Made by a program: the position numbers and the translations under genes | Origin: a virus | Reading direction: 5' to 3' (one strand) | DNA: 64,000 bases | IMG/VR virus record: IMGVR_UViG_3300031772_000001 | Location: 103,661-167,660 of that record | Part shown: piece by piece, positions 40,082-48,959 of the stretch | Layout: the number at the start of each line of letters is the position of its first letter | How positions within the stretch are numbered: the first letter of the stretch is position 1 | The notes under the pieces: generated by a model | The model's database searches: none | The model's input: only the letters and a program-made list of their open reading frames with translations | What the model was told of the DNA's origin: nothing

Positions 40082-41115
40082 AACCCTACCCTCTTTTTCT
40101 TTTTGGAAATTGCTGCTGCCCTTCTCTTATGCTTTCGCATCTTGATTATCTTAGGCTTTGGTCTTGGAATATTCACCTTCGGAGCAGGCTTTATATGTGA
40201 AGCCACTTCTTTCCAAAACTTATTCAATTCTGGCTTCTTCGTATTCACGTTAGCCAAGTAAACCGCTGCCTGCTTTGCCTTCTTCTTATCCCCACCCTTA
40301 TCTGCAATCAGCTTCGTCGCAGCCGCTTTAGGACTCTTCTTCTTGGGGTCTACCTTCACCCCACGTACCTTACGACCCTTAACTTCAGCACGTCTCTTAC
40401 CCCTACCCTTTACGCTCTGGCGACCCTTGGAATCCTTCTTCTTTCTCCTCGCCTTAGTACCCTTCTTGTATACCTGATTGAGCTTTGAACCCGCCTTAAT
40501 CATCCCGGCAATCCCACCGGCAATAGCTCCAACTATTCCAAATCCCAAAGCAATAGGAGCAGTAACTACTTTGCCCAAAGTATCGAGTATACCTTCTAAA
40601 ACAACCCCTTCATCCCAACTTTCTTTTACAGCTATCCTATCTGCTACTCTCTTAGCCTCTGCCTCTGACTGAAACTCTTCTATGGTATCTGCCTTTTCAA
40701 TATCCCAAAGACGATACCAACCATGCTGAGTCTTTGTTATTTCATAACGACCATTAGTAAGCATTTCTCCTTCACGCTTCCATACACTCTTAGACTCCTC
40801 AACCTTTTCTTCTGGTTTAGGCTCTTTTACCTTTGTCCCACCTTTAAGTATAGATGAAACAAAATCCGAGAGAGGCTTATTATCCTTGACTTCAGGATTA
40901 TCCTGCATCATCTTCAGGGTAGTAAGAACCGCGTTTTCACCAGTTCTTCCGTACCTCTTAACAGCATTAGCCGCTACATCCCTCAAAACTTTTGCAAAAT
41001 TTCCATGCCCGGCATCCTCAAAGGAACCTTTGACAAACTCAATTGCCTCCAGTTCCTTTGAGGATTTCTCCTTAGAACTTACCTCGTATATTCTCTGAAA
41101 CATCAAATCCATCAC
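40078..41115 (-). CDS. putative internal head protein with very basic C-terminus
   Basis: Starts MDLMFQRIYE. Contains VEES, VKES and VLEG sites, a Gly-rich hydrophobic helix and a Lys/Arg-rich tail. Confidence 0.6.
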   Translation of the reverse strand: MMDLMFQRIYEVSSKEKSSKELEAIEFVKGSFEDAGHGNFAKVLRDVAANAVKRYGRTGENAVLTTLKMMQDNPEVKDNKPLSDFVSSILKGGTKVKEPKPEEKVEESKSVWKREGEMLTNGRYEITKTQHGWYRLWDIEKADTIEEFQSEAEAKRVADRIAVKESWDEGVVLEGILDTLGKVVTAPIALGFGIVGAIAGGIAGMIKAGSKLNQVYKKGTKARRKKKDSKGRQSVKGRGKRRAEVKGRKVRGVKVDPKKKSPKAAATKLIADKGGDKKKAKQAAVYLANVNTKKPELNKFWKEVASHIKPAPKVNIPRPKPKIIKMRKHKRRAAAISKKKKRVGL

Positions 41116-41315
41116 CTCTTCTCCGGCTCAGACACAGAGGAATCACCAAGTATCTTGCAAACAGCATCCCGGCCTGTGATAGCGAGAATACCCAGAATAC
41201 ACGTCTGAATACCCTCAACAGTATGCCCCTGCACAATCATACCAATACCCCCAACAATAGCCACAACACCTGTCCAGAACGTCTTGGTCTTGAGAATCTT
41301 AGGATCAAAAAACAT
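41112..41315 (-). CDS. holin-like small membrane protein
   Basis: KTKTFWTGVVAIVGGIG motif and two hydrophobic segments. Confidence 0.6.
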   Translation of the reverse strand: MFFDPKILKTKTFWTGVVAIVGGIGMIVQGHTVEGIQTCILGILAITGRDAVCKILGDSSVSEPEKR

Positions 41316-41345
41316 AATACACCTCCTTATACAAAGTATATCCCG

Positions 41346-41744
41346 TTAAACCTCATTTTTGTCAAACAGGCGAACATCAGGAAGCATACTCTTTAGATAC
41401 TCAGAATCATACCCTCTTGAAGACAACACAGACATTACCCTGTTTACACACTGTAATCTCTTATCCCCAACATCATCATTACATCCTGAAATTTTCGTTG
41501 GTATATAAAGATAAACCTTCGCTATGTAAATCCCATCCTTCTTTTCAGACTTAACAATAACCCTATGACCACCTATCAATAAGATCAAACAATTCTTCGC
41601 CTCTGCCCGTAAAGAATCCTCAACAACATAATCATTCAAAAATACGTCGTGCCTGAATTTAATTGAAAATCCTAAATCAAAAACCAGATCCAAGGACCGG
41701 CAATCCAGAACACGATTTATTTTCGCCCTCAAAATCCAATCCAT
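41346..41744 (-). CDS. thermonuclease (SNase)-like OB-fold protein, catalytic motifs degenerate
   Basis: RAKINRVLDCRSLDLVFDLGF matches the RVVDGDT.D..IDLGF family, but DGDT, GIDxPE and YGR are not conserved. Confidence 0.55.
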   Translation of the reverse strand: MDWILRAKINRVLDCRSLDLVFDLGFSIKFRHDVFLNDYVVEDSLRAEAKNCLILLIGGHRVIVKSEKKDGIYIAKVYLYIPTKISGCNDDVGDKRLQCVNRVMSVLSSRGYDSEYLKSMLPDVRLFDKNEV

Positions 41745-41756
41745 ACTTCAAAATAC

Positions 41757-42383
41757 CTATGTTATATGCCGTCTTTTCAACATTCCCCGTATAACTACTC
41801 TTCGATGAGGCACAACCTCCATATCCCCCTGCCGCAATGCCCTTGAAAGCAACTGATCTATACTCACGTAAGGCAGCTTCTTTTTCAGGTTAATGTTTAG
41901 GGAGTTGACAAGTCTTAGTACATGAGAATGAATATGTGCGCTTATCTCTCTACTCATAGGTCTAAAAACAGGACGTGCTGGCATCTTTGATGTACCATAC
42001 TCCAAGTACCGTGCTATTGTCTGCAACTTCTTCTTGTTGGGATACTGAAGATCCTTTACCCCAACCCTATAAACAATAGCATTCTTTTCATGTTCTTTGA
42101 ATGACCCAATATTATCTAAGAAAAACCGTGTCCGTATCAAAATACGGGTATCATAGCCTTTTTTCTTTTTCCAGTGCTTATAGTTAAGATTAAGAGGTTT
42201 ATGATTGTAAGTCTGACGAATTATATTTCTCTTTATCTGCTTTGCACTATCCGCTGCAAGAGACTTTACAAAAGCCTCACCTGTTGCCTTAATAATATCA
42301 GGAACCATCCCAAAATAAAGAAGGGGAACCTGAGTCCCCCATCTTACTGCCTTTGTTTTGGTCCTAACTAACTTTGTAGCCAT
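41757..42383 (-). CDS. neck / tail-completion protein (HK97 gp10-like)
   Basis: IARYLEYGTSKMPARPVFRP. Confidence 0.75.
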   Translation of the reverse strand: MATKLVRTKTKAVRWGTQVPLLYFGMVPDIIKATGEAFVKSLAADSAKQIKRNIIRQTYNHKPLNLNYKHWKKKKGYDTRILIRTRFFLDNIGSFKEHEKNAIVYRVGVKDLQYPNKKKLQTIARYLEYGTSKMPARPVFRPMSREISAHIHSHVLRLVNSLNINLKKKLPYVSIDQLLSRALRQGDMEVVPHRRVVIRGMLKRRHIT

Positions 42384-42388
42384 ATCTC

Positions 42389-44146
42389 TTAAAACACACT
42401 CAGAAGCTCATCCACCGCCTCTTCCGAGTTGTCTCCCCATGCCCAGATATTCACCCCGTCAGTCTTGCTATACACGTAAGCAATCCACGCCCCATTAGGA
42501 ACATCATAGTCTGACGGATAAGCACCATCACCCATACCAAGGAACATCCCCTTAGTAGGATCGGTGTACTGGAAAGCCATGACAGGAAGGCTCTCACCTT
42601 CATAGTCAACTACTTCACCAGAGTCAACTCCCATACGCTGAATTCCAGCAGAACCTTCGTCAATCTGCTCAGAAATTCCAGACTTCTCCATCTTTTTCAA
42701 ACAATTCGGACAAGTGACATTATCCAATGTAAGTGTAATCCCATCCTTTTCGGAGTCTCCCCCACAATAAGCGTCCAAAGAAACTACTTTCGGAACCTTA
42801 CCTTTTTTATAATTTTGGGCAAGATGAACTACCTGTTTAGCCTCATCAATAGGATAAACAATCTCATCTAACTCCTCAACAACCTCATCATCCTCAATTG
42901 CCTGTGTCAGTTCCTCGTAGGAAATCTCAGAATTCAAAAAACTTTCCACAGTCTTCTTGCTGACCTTACCCTGAAGCAGATCCTTAACATCCCCCTGATC
43001 GCCCTTCTCAATATCCTTGAAGAACAGCTTATCAGCCGGAAGGTAATCGTCGTGATGGTCAATAGGATTCTTTTTTGAAATTGTTGGCTCATGGGGGAAC
43101 GAACCCGACGCTGCACCACCAGCCGAAACAGAGGTATCATTCCAGCCCTCAGCTACCGTGTCCTCATCTCCCTCATCCTCACCCGCCATCGCATCCTTTT
43201 TCTTGTTCTTCTTAGGCAAGTAATCATCCTTATGGTCTATCGGATTCTTTTTTGAAATTGTCGGCTCATGGGGGAACGATCCGGCAGCAGCACCACCAGC
43301 CGAAACAGACGTGTCATTATACGCAGACTCCCCAACTGTCTGCTCGTCCTTCTTCGCCTTCCGCTTCCCCTTGGGCTTACTGCGAAGTTTACGAAGCCGT
43401 CCAAAAATCATCGACTTTGCTTCAGGCTCGTCTACATTGTATTCTTTTTCTGCCTTCTTCACTGCCTTTTGCAAAATTGCCTTCGCGGAACCCTTGCCCT
43501 TTGCTGCTTCCTCAAGGTCATCAAAATCAATGTCCTCAAACTCCTCAACACTCTCAAGACCAAACTCAGGAGCTATCTCACGATCAATCAAATCATCAAT
43601 ACTGGACTCCCTTACAACACTCTCAGACATAGGTGACAGAAAACGTCGAAGAATACCAAGTGCCGTGTTGGTATCACCAGACTGCTCCCGCGTCAGGTCA
43701 ACAGCACGACGAACCATGCTCTCGACCTTTTCATACGAAAGGTTATTCCCAAACACCCTCTTACCCTGCTCAGTAGCATAACGGATCAAAGAGGTCTTAT
43801 CAATCTTATGCTCTGCCCGTGCTTCTAACATATCATACCCCTTTGACTTGTATCCTGTCGCCTGATTGAAGTCATGGAAATCAACATTACCACCACCGGC
43901 CATACTCAACATCAAGTTGGCCGCACCAGAGTAATCTTTCTTTGCAATTTTCTCACTAACCAAATCCCGGTCAGGAAGACCAGCATTGTAGTACATCCCA
44001 AAGGCTTTTTCAATCATGTCCTTATGGTCATCAATATTGCCCGTCCAATTCCTTACAAATCCCAACTTGTCCTTCACAAACTCGTACACCTGTGTAGGTG
44101 ATACTTCGTTTACAGCATTAAACATGTCTTTCTGAGAGAATCGCAT
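42389..44146 (-). CDS. putative internal head polyprotein
   Basis: Many hydrophobic-x-E-(S/A/G) sites, an internal duplicated peptide and an H..C..CxxC module. Confidence 0.6.
   Translation of the reverse strand: MRFSQKDMFNAVNEVSPTQVYEFVKDKLGFVRNWTGNIDDHKDMIEKAFGMYYNAGLPDRDLVSEKIAKKDYSGAANLMLSMAGGGNVDFHDFNQATGYKSKGYDMLEARAEHKIDKTSLIRYATEQGKRVFGNNLSYEKVESMVRRAVDLTREQSGDTNTALGILRRFLSPMSESVVRESSIDDLIDREIAPEFGLESVEEFEDIDFDDLEEAAKGKGSAKAILQKAVKKAEKEYNVDEPEAKSMIFGRLRKLRSKPKGKRKAKKDEQTVGESAYNDTSVSAGGAAAGSFPHEPTISKKNPIDHKDDYLPKKNKKKDAMAGEDEGDEDTVAEGWNDTSVSAGGAASGSFPHEPTISKKNPIDHHDDYLPADKLFFKDIEKGDQGDVKDLLQGKVSKKTVESFLNSEISYEELTQAIEDDEVVEELDEIVYPIDEAKQVVHLAQNYKKGKVPKVVSLDAYCGGDSEKDGITLTLDNVTCPNCLKKMEKSGISEQIDEGSAGIQRMGVDSGEVVDYEGESLPVMAFQYTDPTKGMFLGMGDGAYPSDYDVPNGAWIAYVYSKTDGVNIWAWGDNSEEAVDELLSVF
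43038..43340. repeat. 177-bp-period coding direct repeat
   Basis: NDTSVSAGGAA(A/S)GSFPHEPTISKKNPIDH(K/H)DDYLP occurs twice, with mostly synonymous differences. Confidence 0.9.
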
Positions 44147-44203
44147 AAATCATGCTCCTATTAAGTGTCTACACCCGCTACTAATGAGTATATCTACAAA
44201 CCA

Positions 44204-44776
44204 CTATGATCCGGGTTGTTTGGATTTCGCCGTGACAGAAGAATACAGAAAATAGTCTGTATTAAACCAACGCCCTGTCAACTCGTATGTCTCTACTTCG
44301 TAAATATTATCTCTCCAAACAAACCTATCTTGTGGCTTTATCTTCAATCGGTACATCTCAAACTGATAATTCAAAAACACAAATCTTGGAGCATGTACAT
44401 CATCAATCCCCTGCTTTACAAGATTCTTCTCTGACTTCTCCCAAACAAGATTTACATTCACATCACAAGGAGAAGCAAACTTATCGTATTTAGTAGAGTC
44501 TATTGCAGGATTAGCATGTGGTTGTTCAAAACCACCTGCTAACTCTACCGGAACTGTCTCACCCCACAAATCATCAACAATAGACTTTGTAGTATCTGTT
44601 GTTATCTCACCTGATGCTGCTTGCTGTGGTAAAAGAAACGAAAGATACTTTACTTCTGGAAACCTTCTCTTATACTTCTCAAGAGCCATCCTCTTATAAG
44701 CAATTAGATCCTGAGTCTCTTTCTTAGCGAGTTGTGTGGTAAAATCATAATGAGTATCGGGATTGATAATGGGCAT
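44204..44776 (-). CDS. head completion / neck protein (gp14-like)
   Basis: VDDLWGE, LVKQGID and IKPQDRFVW..YEV motifs. Follows the gp13-like gene. Confidence 0.7.
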   Translation of the reverse strand: MPIINPDTHYDFTTQLAKKETQDLIAYKRMALEKYKRRFPEVKYLSFLLPQQAASGEITTDTTKSIVDDLWGETVPVELAGGFEQPHANPAIDSTKYDKFASPCDVNVNLVWEKSEKNLVKQGIDDVHAPRFVFLNYQFEMYRLKIKPQDRFVWRDNIYEVETYELTGRWFNTDYFLYSSVTAKSKQPGS

Positions 44777-44785
44777 TACCTACCT

Positions 44786-45496
44786 CTACAAGGATTCTAC
44801 AAGCTGCAAAGAGCCTAACTGGTCCATAAGGTCAGAAAGCATAGTCTGGACAGTACCTATCATCTCATCCGCATCTGTCTCCATGTTAATATCCCCACCC
44901 TTGAACTTACCACGAATCCTCGCGGCTGCTTCCATCGACTTTGCAAGAGAAAAATCCAATACCCAAGTAATTGCCTTGTCCCAACTCATATCCTCAATCA
45001 CATTTACTTTTGGAGAATAGAAAACAGTTACTCTATTTTCATAAAAATACCCAGAAACAAGAACACGGTCTTTTAGGTCTACCCACCGGATCTTATTTCC
45101 AACAAACGTACTCAACTGACTCTGAAACCCCTGATAATATGCGGCATGAGCAATGTCTGCTGTATACACCATCCTACTCTGTAAACCATAAAGGTTTGAA
45201 TCTATATCAGCAGCACCAGCAGACTCTTGTTGTGTATTGTAAATATCATGTATCGTATCTACTGGTTTTGATAAAGCAGATTTCAAAAAGAAAACACTGT
45301 TTCCTGCTGCATCTGTCTTACTGGTTCCCATAACAGGGATAGTCTCGTACACTCTTGGCTCGTGATACCAAGGTGTAACACGACGCACAGCCTCACGAAT
45401 AAATGTAGTGATAGCGGTATCTTCTACCTCTAAGTCAACTACATTATCACCCGTAAGAGTGTGCTTAATCCACGTTACTGCATCTGCTTCAGTCAC
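44786..45496 (-). CDS. neck / head-tail adaptor (gp13-like)
   Basis: WIKHTL...VDLEV, WVLDFSLA..ARIRGKF and ETDAD motifs. Confidence 0.8.
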   Translation of the reverse strand: MTEADAVTWIKHTLTGDNVVDLEVEDTAITTFIREAVRRVTPWYHEPRVYETIPVMGTSKTDAAGNSVFFLKSALSKPVDTIHDIYNTQQESAGAADIDSNLYGLQSRMVYTADIAHAAYYQGFQSQLSTFVGNKIRWVDLKDRVLVSGYFYENRVTVFYSPKVNVIEDMSWDKAITWVLDFSLAKSMEAAARIRGKFKGGDINMETDADEMIGTVQTMLSDLMDQLGSLQLVESL

Positions 45497-45867
45497 AAAT
45501 CACTCTTTCTCTTTCGACCAAATGACCTAAGATCGTTCGGTATCTTTGCACTCTTTTCTTTCTCTGGTTTCACAGGGGCAGACTCTACTGCTGTAATTGA
45601 TGAAGAGTCAGACATAGGAACAGAATCTATCATAGAAATATTTTCTGAAACTCCTGCTGACAAACTCTCACCACCAACTACAGGTGACTCAACTACTGGA
45701 GAATCAATACTAAACTCCTCAATCAACATTGGAATGTTTTTGAGAAGTTCCATCTCTGATTTTGAAATGGTATCAATCTCAACAGGAAGAAATGGCTTAA
45801 AATAAACTTCCTTTTTGTTGACCATGATAACCAAAGAATTCTTACCAGTGTTGGTCACGAGATACAT
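45493..45867 (-). CDS. hypothetical protein
   Basis: 124-aa ORF after the capsid terminator. Confidence 0.6.
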   Translation of the reverse strand: MYLVTNTGKNSLVIMVNKKEVYFKPFLPVEIDTISKSEMELLKNIPMLIEEFSIDSPVVESPVVGGESLSAGVSENISMIDSVPMSDSSSITAVESAPVKPEKEKSAKIPNDLRSFGRKRKSDL

Positions 45868-45890
45868 AATTTTACCTTTCTTAGAGTGTC

Positions 45891-45924
45891 AAAAGAAAAG
45901 GTGCGGGGAGATCCCCCGCACCTT
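45891..45924 (-). terminator. rho-independent terminator after major capsid gene
   Basis: AAGGTGCGGGG-GATCT-CCCCGCACCTT followed by TTCTTTT. Confidence 0.9.
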
Positions 45925-45961
45925 CCCCTAAGTAAACCAATAGACGTTTCAATCTCCCCCA

Positions 45962-47395
45962 CTACGAAATAGTGACAGGAGCGAAGAACTTCGAGTTCAC
46001 GAACTTACGCCCGTAACTCTGCACCATACCGAACCGACCAACCATATCATCAAGAACGATGGTACGGGTAGTGTACAACGGGAGGTACGGTGCCCACACG
46101 TATCCAGCCTCCAAGAACATATTGCCCTTATAACCGAGCAAATATTTCAGGGAATTGTAGTACGGGTTCTTGTAAACACGGAAATCACCAAGAGTACCAA
46201 GATAATGCGGTCCCGGCTGAATCGTTCCTTCCCTCTTAAACAGAGGAGCAAGAGCCTCAACAACCGAAGACACATCCGTACCAACTGCCATAAAGTTACC
46301 AACCGCACGACGAGTCGCTTGGAAGATCGCATTCGACGTAGGCAGAACGCTCTTATCATAGAACGCCCACTTGTGCTCACTCCAAGGAACTCCCGTATCA
46401 GGGGTACGGTTGAAGGTATAACCCGTAGCAGTACCACCGGCCATAAGCTCACTCAGAATACGTCCGTCTGTCTCCTGACGAACTTCCGCAGCAAGTGAAG
46501 CCTTCAGTTCGGTGTCAACCGAACGACCAAACGCCTGCTCCACATCCCACGCCGCATCCAGAGTATACCGAGCACGGCACTTCTGGTTTTCAGCAGTGAC
46601 AGGAATTGACGTGATGGAAATGTCAACTTCAGGAATAAGCTCTGAGTTTGTCTCAAAGTTATTGTCGTACACTGCTGAAACCACCTCACCAGCAGCTACG
46701 TTAAACCCAAAAGTTACATCCACAACACCAGTAGTCAGAACAACACTTGACGGTGCGCCAATGTCACCAATCAAATTACCAGTACCATCATCATGCACTG
46801 TCATAACAACACCACCAGCCTTCTTAGCGGTTATGACAAGAGTACCAGCAACAAGAGGATGAGCATTCAGAGGAGCAATCGCAACTCCACCAGCACCATA
46901 ATGGGCGTGAGCACCGTCACCAGTAGAAAGAGTCTGCACAATCTCTTTTTCATGGGTGTAGCTGATACCAGCACCGGCCTGTGCCGAACCTGCCACATCG
47001 TAAGCAAACATCTTCGTACCGGCAGCAATATCACCACGAGTCGTACCATACAGGAATTCAAGGAAGAAAATTTCTCCCTGTCGGCGTGTCATCGGCTGCA
47101 CAGAAACAATCTCATTCGCAATCAGTGAAGGAAGAACAGCCGCAATCAACTCAAACCCATGCTTGATAAAAGAACCAACATTCACTGCCGCCGTTGTCTC
47201 GTCCATACGCTTGAAGAAACGATCAGTGTTTTCCAAGCAGATAGCCGTAGTAGCAAGCGTCAACTCACTAACTTCCGGCTTACCACGCTTCACACCCTCA
47301 AGGATGTCTGACCACTTTGACATAGCATAGTCAGCCATACCAAAAAGAGCGTCCTTCGCTTCGTTAAGAGCAACTTCATTCAGAGCCTTCGCCAT
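45962..47395 (-). CDS. major capsid protein (T4 gp23-like)
   Basis: CLENT, LIANEIVSVQPM..GEIFF, VTAEN..RARYT..AAWD, GYKG..EAGYVWAPYLPL and SYG motifs. Confidence 0.95.
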   Translation of the reverse strand: MAKALNEVALNEAKDALFGMADYAMSKWSDILEGVKRGKPEVSELTLATTAICLENTDRFFKRMDETTAAVNVGSFIKHGFELIAAVLPSLIANEIVSVQPMTRRQGEIFFLEFLYGTTRGDIAAGTKMFAYDVAGSAQAGAGISYTHEKEIVQTLSTGDGAHAHYGAGGVAIAPLNAHPLVAGTLVITAKKAGGVVMTVHDDGTGNLIGDIGAPSSVVLTTGVVDVTFGFNVAAGEVVSAVYDNNFETNSELIPEVDISITSIPVTAENQKCRARYTLDAAWDVEQAFGRSVDTELKASLAAEVRQETDGRILSELMAGGTATGYTFNRTPDTGVPWSEHKWAFYDKSVLPTSNAIFQATRRAVGNFMAVGTDVSSVVEALAPLFKREGTIQPGPHYLGTLGDFRVYKNPYYNSLKYLLGYKGNMFLEAGYVWAPYLPLYTTRTIVLDDMVGRFGMVQSYGRKFVNSKFFAPVTIS

Positions 47396-47410
47396 GATAC
47401 AACTCCCCGG

Positions 47411-48919
47411 TTAGATTTTTCGGATAAGATCACAAACAGCATCAGCCTGAGACGTTCTTTTAGCTGATTCCAAACCCTCACTCATAACCCGAAGACCACC
47501 AACAACTGAATCCAAAGAATTTTCAAAAAGTCGTGGTCTTACTGCCTTCTGCACAAGAGGCTTTGATTCAACTTGGGGAACAACTTCTTGAATCTTATTT
47601 TCCTCTTCGTCAAGAAGAAGCTCTTCCTCGTCTGCTGACTCCTCAGTCTCTTGAATAACCAAGTTAAGCCTAGAATACAAAGAAGCCTTTTCAGAGATGA
47701 GTTTTCGTCTCTCAACCCTAAGAGCTTCGTTACTTTTCTTCAGTTCTTCAATCTTCTTACTGAGAAGATCACCTGATTCCGTCAAAGAGGAAACTTTTCT
47801 TCCATATTGTAGAAGTTTTGCATAGAGATCCTGAAATTTATCTTCTGATACCTTGTCAACATGAGATTCAATTACCACTTGCGATTTCTTCGCTTTGGCA
47901 AGATTGATAGCCTCTTGGTAATTAGCCAAAAGAATATCATTTTCAAGTTTGACGGTATCATACAAATTCTCAAGACCCTGCATTTCCTTTTGAGAAGACT
48001 CAGGTTCCTTGGAAGCACCAACAGAAACATCAACAGACTCAACCAAAACCGATATTTTCTCTTTTAACTCTTTAACCTGAAAAACAGACTCACGTAACAT
48101 AGAATCCTTAGAAATTAAAGACTCCCTAAGAGATTTCACATTCTTTCTAAGAACTTCAACCTCCTTCTTCAATTCCTCAACTACAAGTTTATCTTTGTCA
48201 GAAGTCGTTATTTTCTTATCAGAATCCTCATTCAGTGTCGCCTTCGGCTGCTTAACTCTCTCCAAAATCAAATTACTGTTACATCCAAGTTTCTCTAAAA
48301 TACCCTTGAAATATGCTGGATCTTCCTGAAAAGAATCAGGGGAAGACTCACAAATAATCTTCTCTATCTGTTCCCTTACCGGCTTAGGATATGCGTTTTG
48401 GGCAGACGGCTCGAAAACAAAATCAAACCCACCCCACTTATACCCCTTCTCTGAAACAAAATTCTTACCTTCTTTTGCAATTGTATTACCACCACCACGA
48501 GTAGATGCACCTAACTTCACATTTGCCTTGAATAAAGTAGAAACAATTCTACCCATCGGAGTATCAAGAACCTCCGACTCAGCCATCAATGCCTTCTTAT
48601 CCTTCTCCACCCATGCCTTTGTCATTACATGGGAAACAGTAGACAACGGAGGAACAAACTTATCTGTAGGATGGTCAGCAGCACCAACTAATGCACGCTC
48701 TTTTATAGCTTCCTGAATATCATCACGACCTAATACCTTATCCCAAAACTCGTTAGTATAGACACGACCATTCCTATTTTCAGTCTCCGTGATACCGATT
48801 GGACCACGGACCTTCATAATCACACCGGGACGAAGACTCTCCTTCTCCGTAACTAACTCAAAAGATTGAGAGTCTGTCTCAGGATAATAATCATCTATCA
48901 GGATATTTTCGTTTTCCAT
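47411..48919 (-). CDS. prohead protease (gp21-like) fused to coiled-coil scaffold/core domain
   Basis: NRNGRVY, ADHP, VSH, LDTPMGRI, LGASTRGGG and FDFVFEPS motifs. C-terminal coiled coil with many xxE-S sites. Confidence 0.92.
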   Translation of the reverse strand: MENENILIDDYYPETDSQSFELVTEKESLRPGVIMKVRGPIGITETENRNGRVYTNEFWDKVLGRDDIQEAIKERALVGAADHPTDKFVPPLSTVSHVMTKAWVEKDKKALMAESEVLDTPMGRIVSTLFKANVKLGASTRGGGNTIAKEGKNFVSEKGYKWGGFDFVFEPSAQNAYPKPVREQIEKIICESSPDSFQEDPAYFKGILEKLGCNSNLILERVKQPKATLNEDSDKKITTSDKDKLVVEELKKEVEVLRKNVKSLRESLISKDSMLRESVFQVKELKEKISVLVESVDVSVGASKEPESSQKEMQGLENLYDTVKLENDILLANYQEAINLAKAKKSQVVIESHVDKVSEDKFQDLYAKLLQYGRKVSSLTESGDLLSKKIEELKKSNEALRVERRKLISEKASLYSRLNLVIQETEESADEEELLLDEEENKIQEVVPQVESKPLVQKAVRPRLFENSLDSVVGGLRVMSEGLESAKRTSQADAVCDLIRKI

Positions 48920-48959
48920 TTACCATCCCTCATTACTCTAAGTTTATCACGGAAAGACA

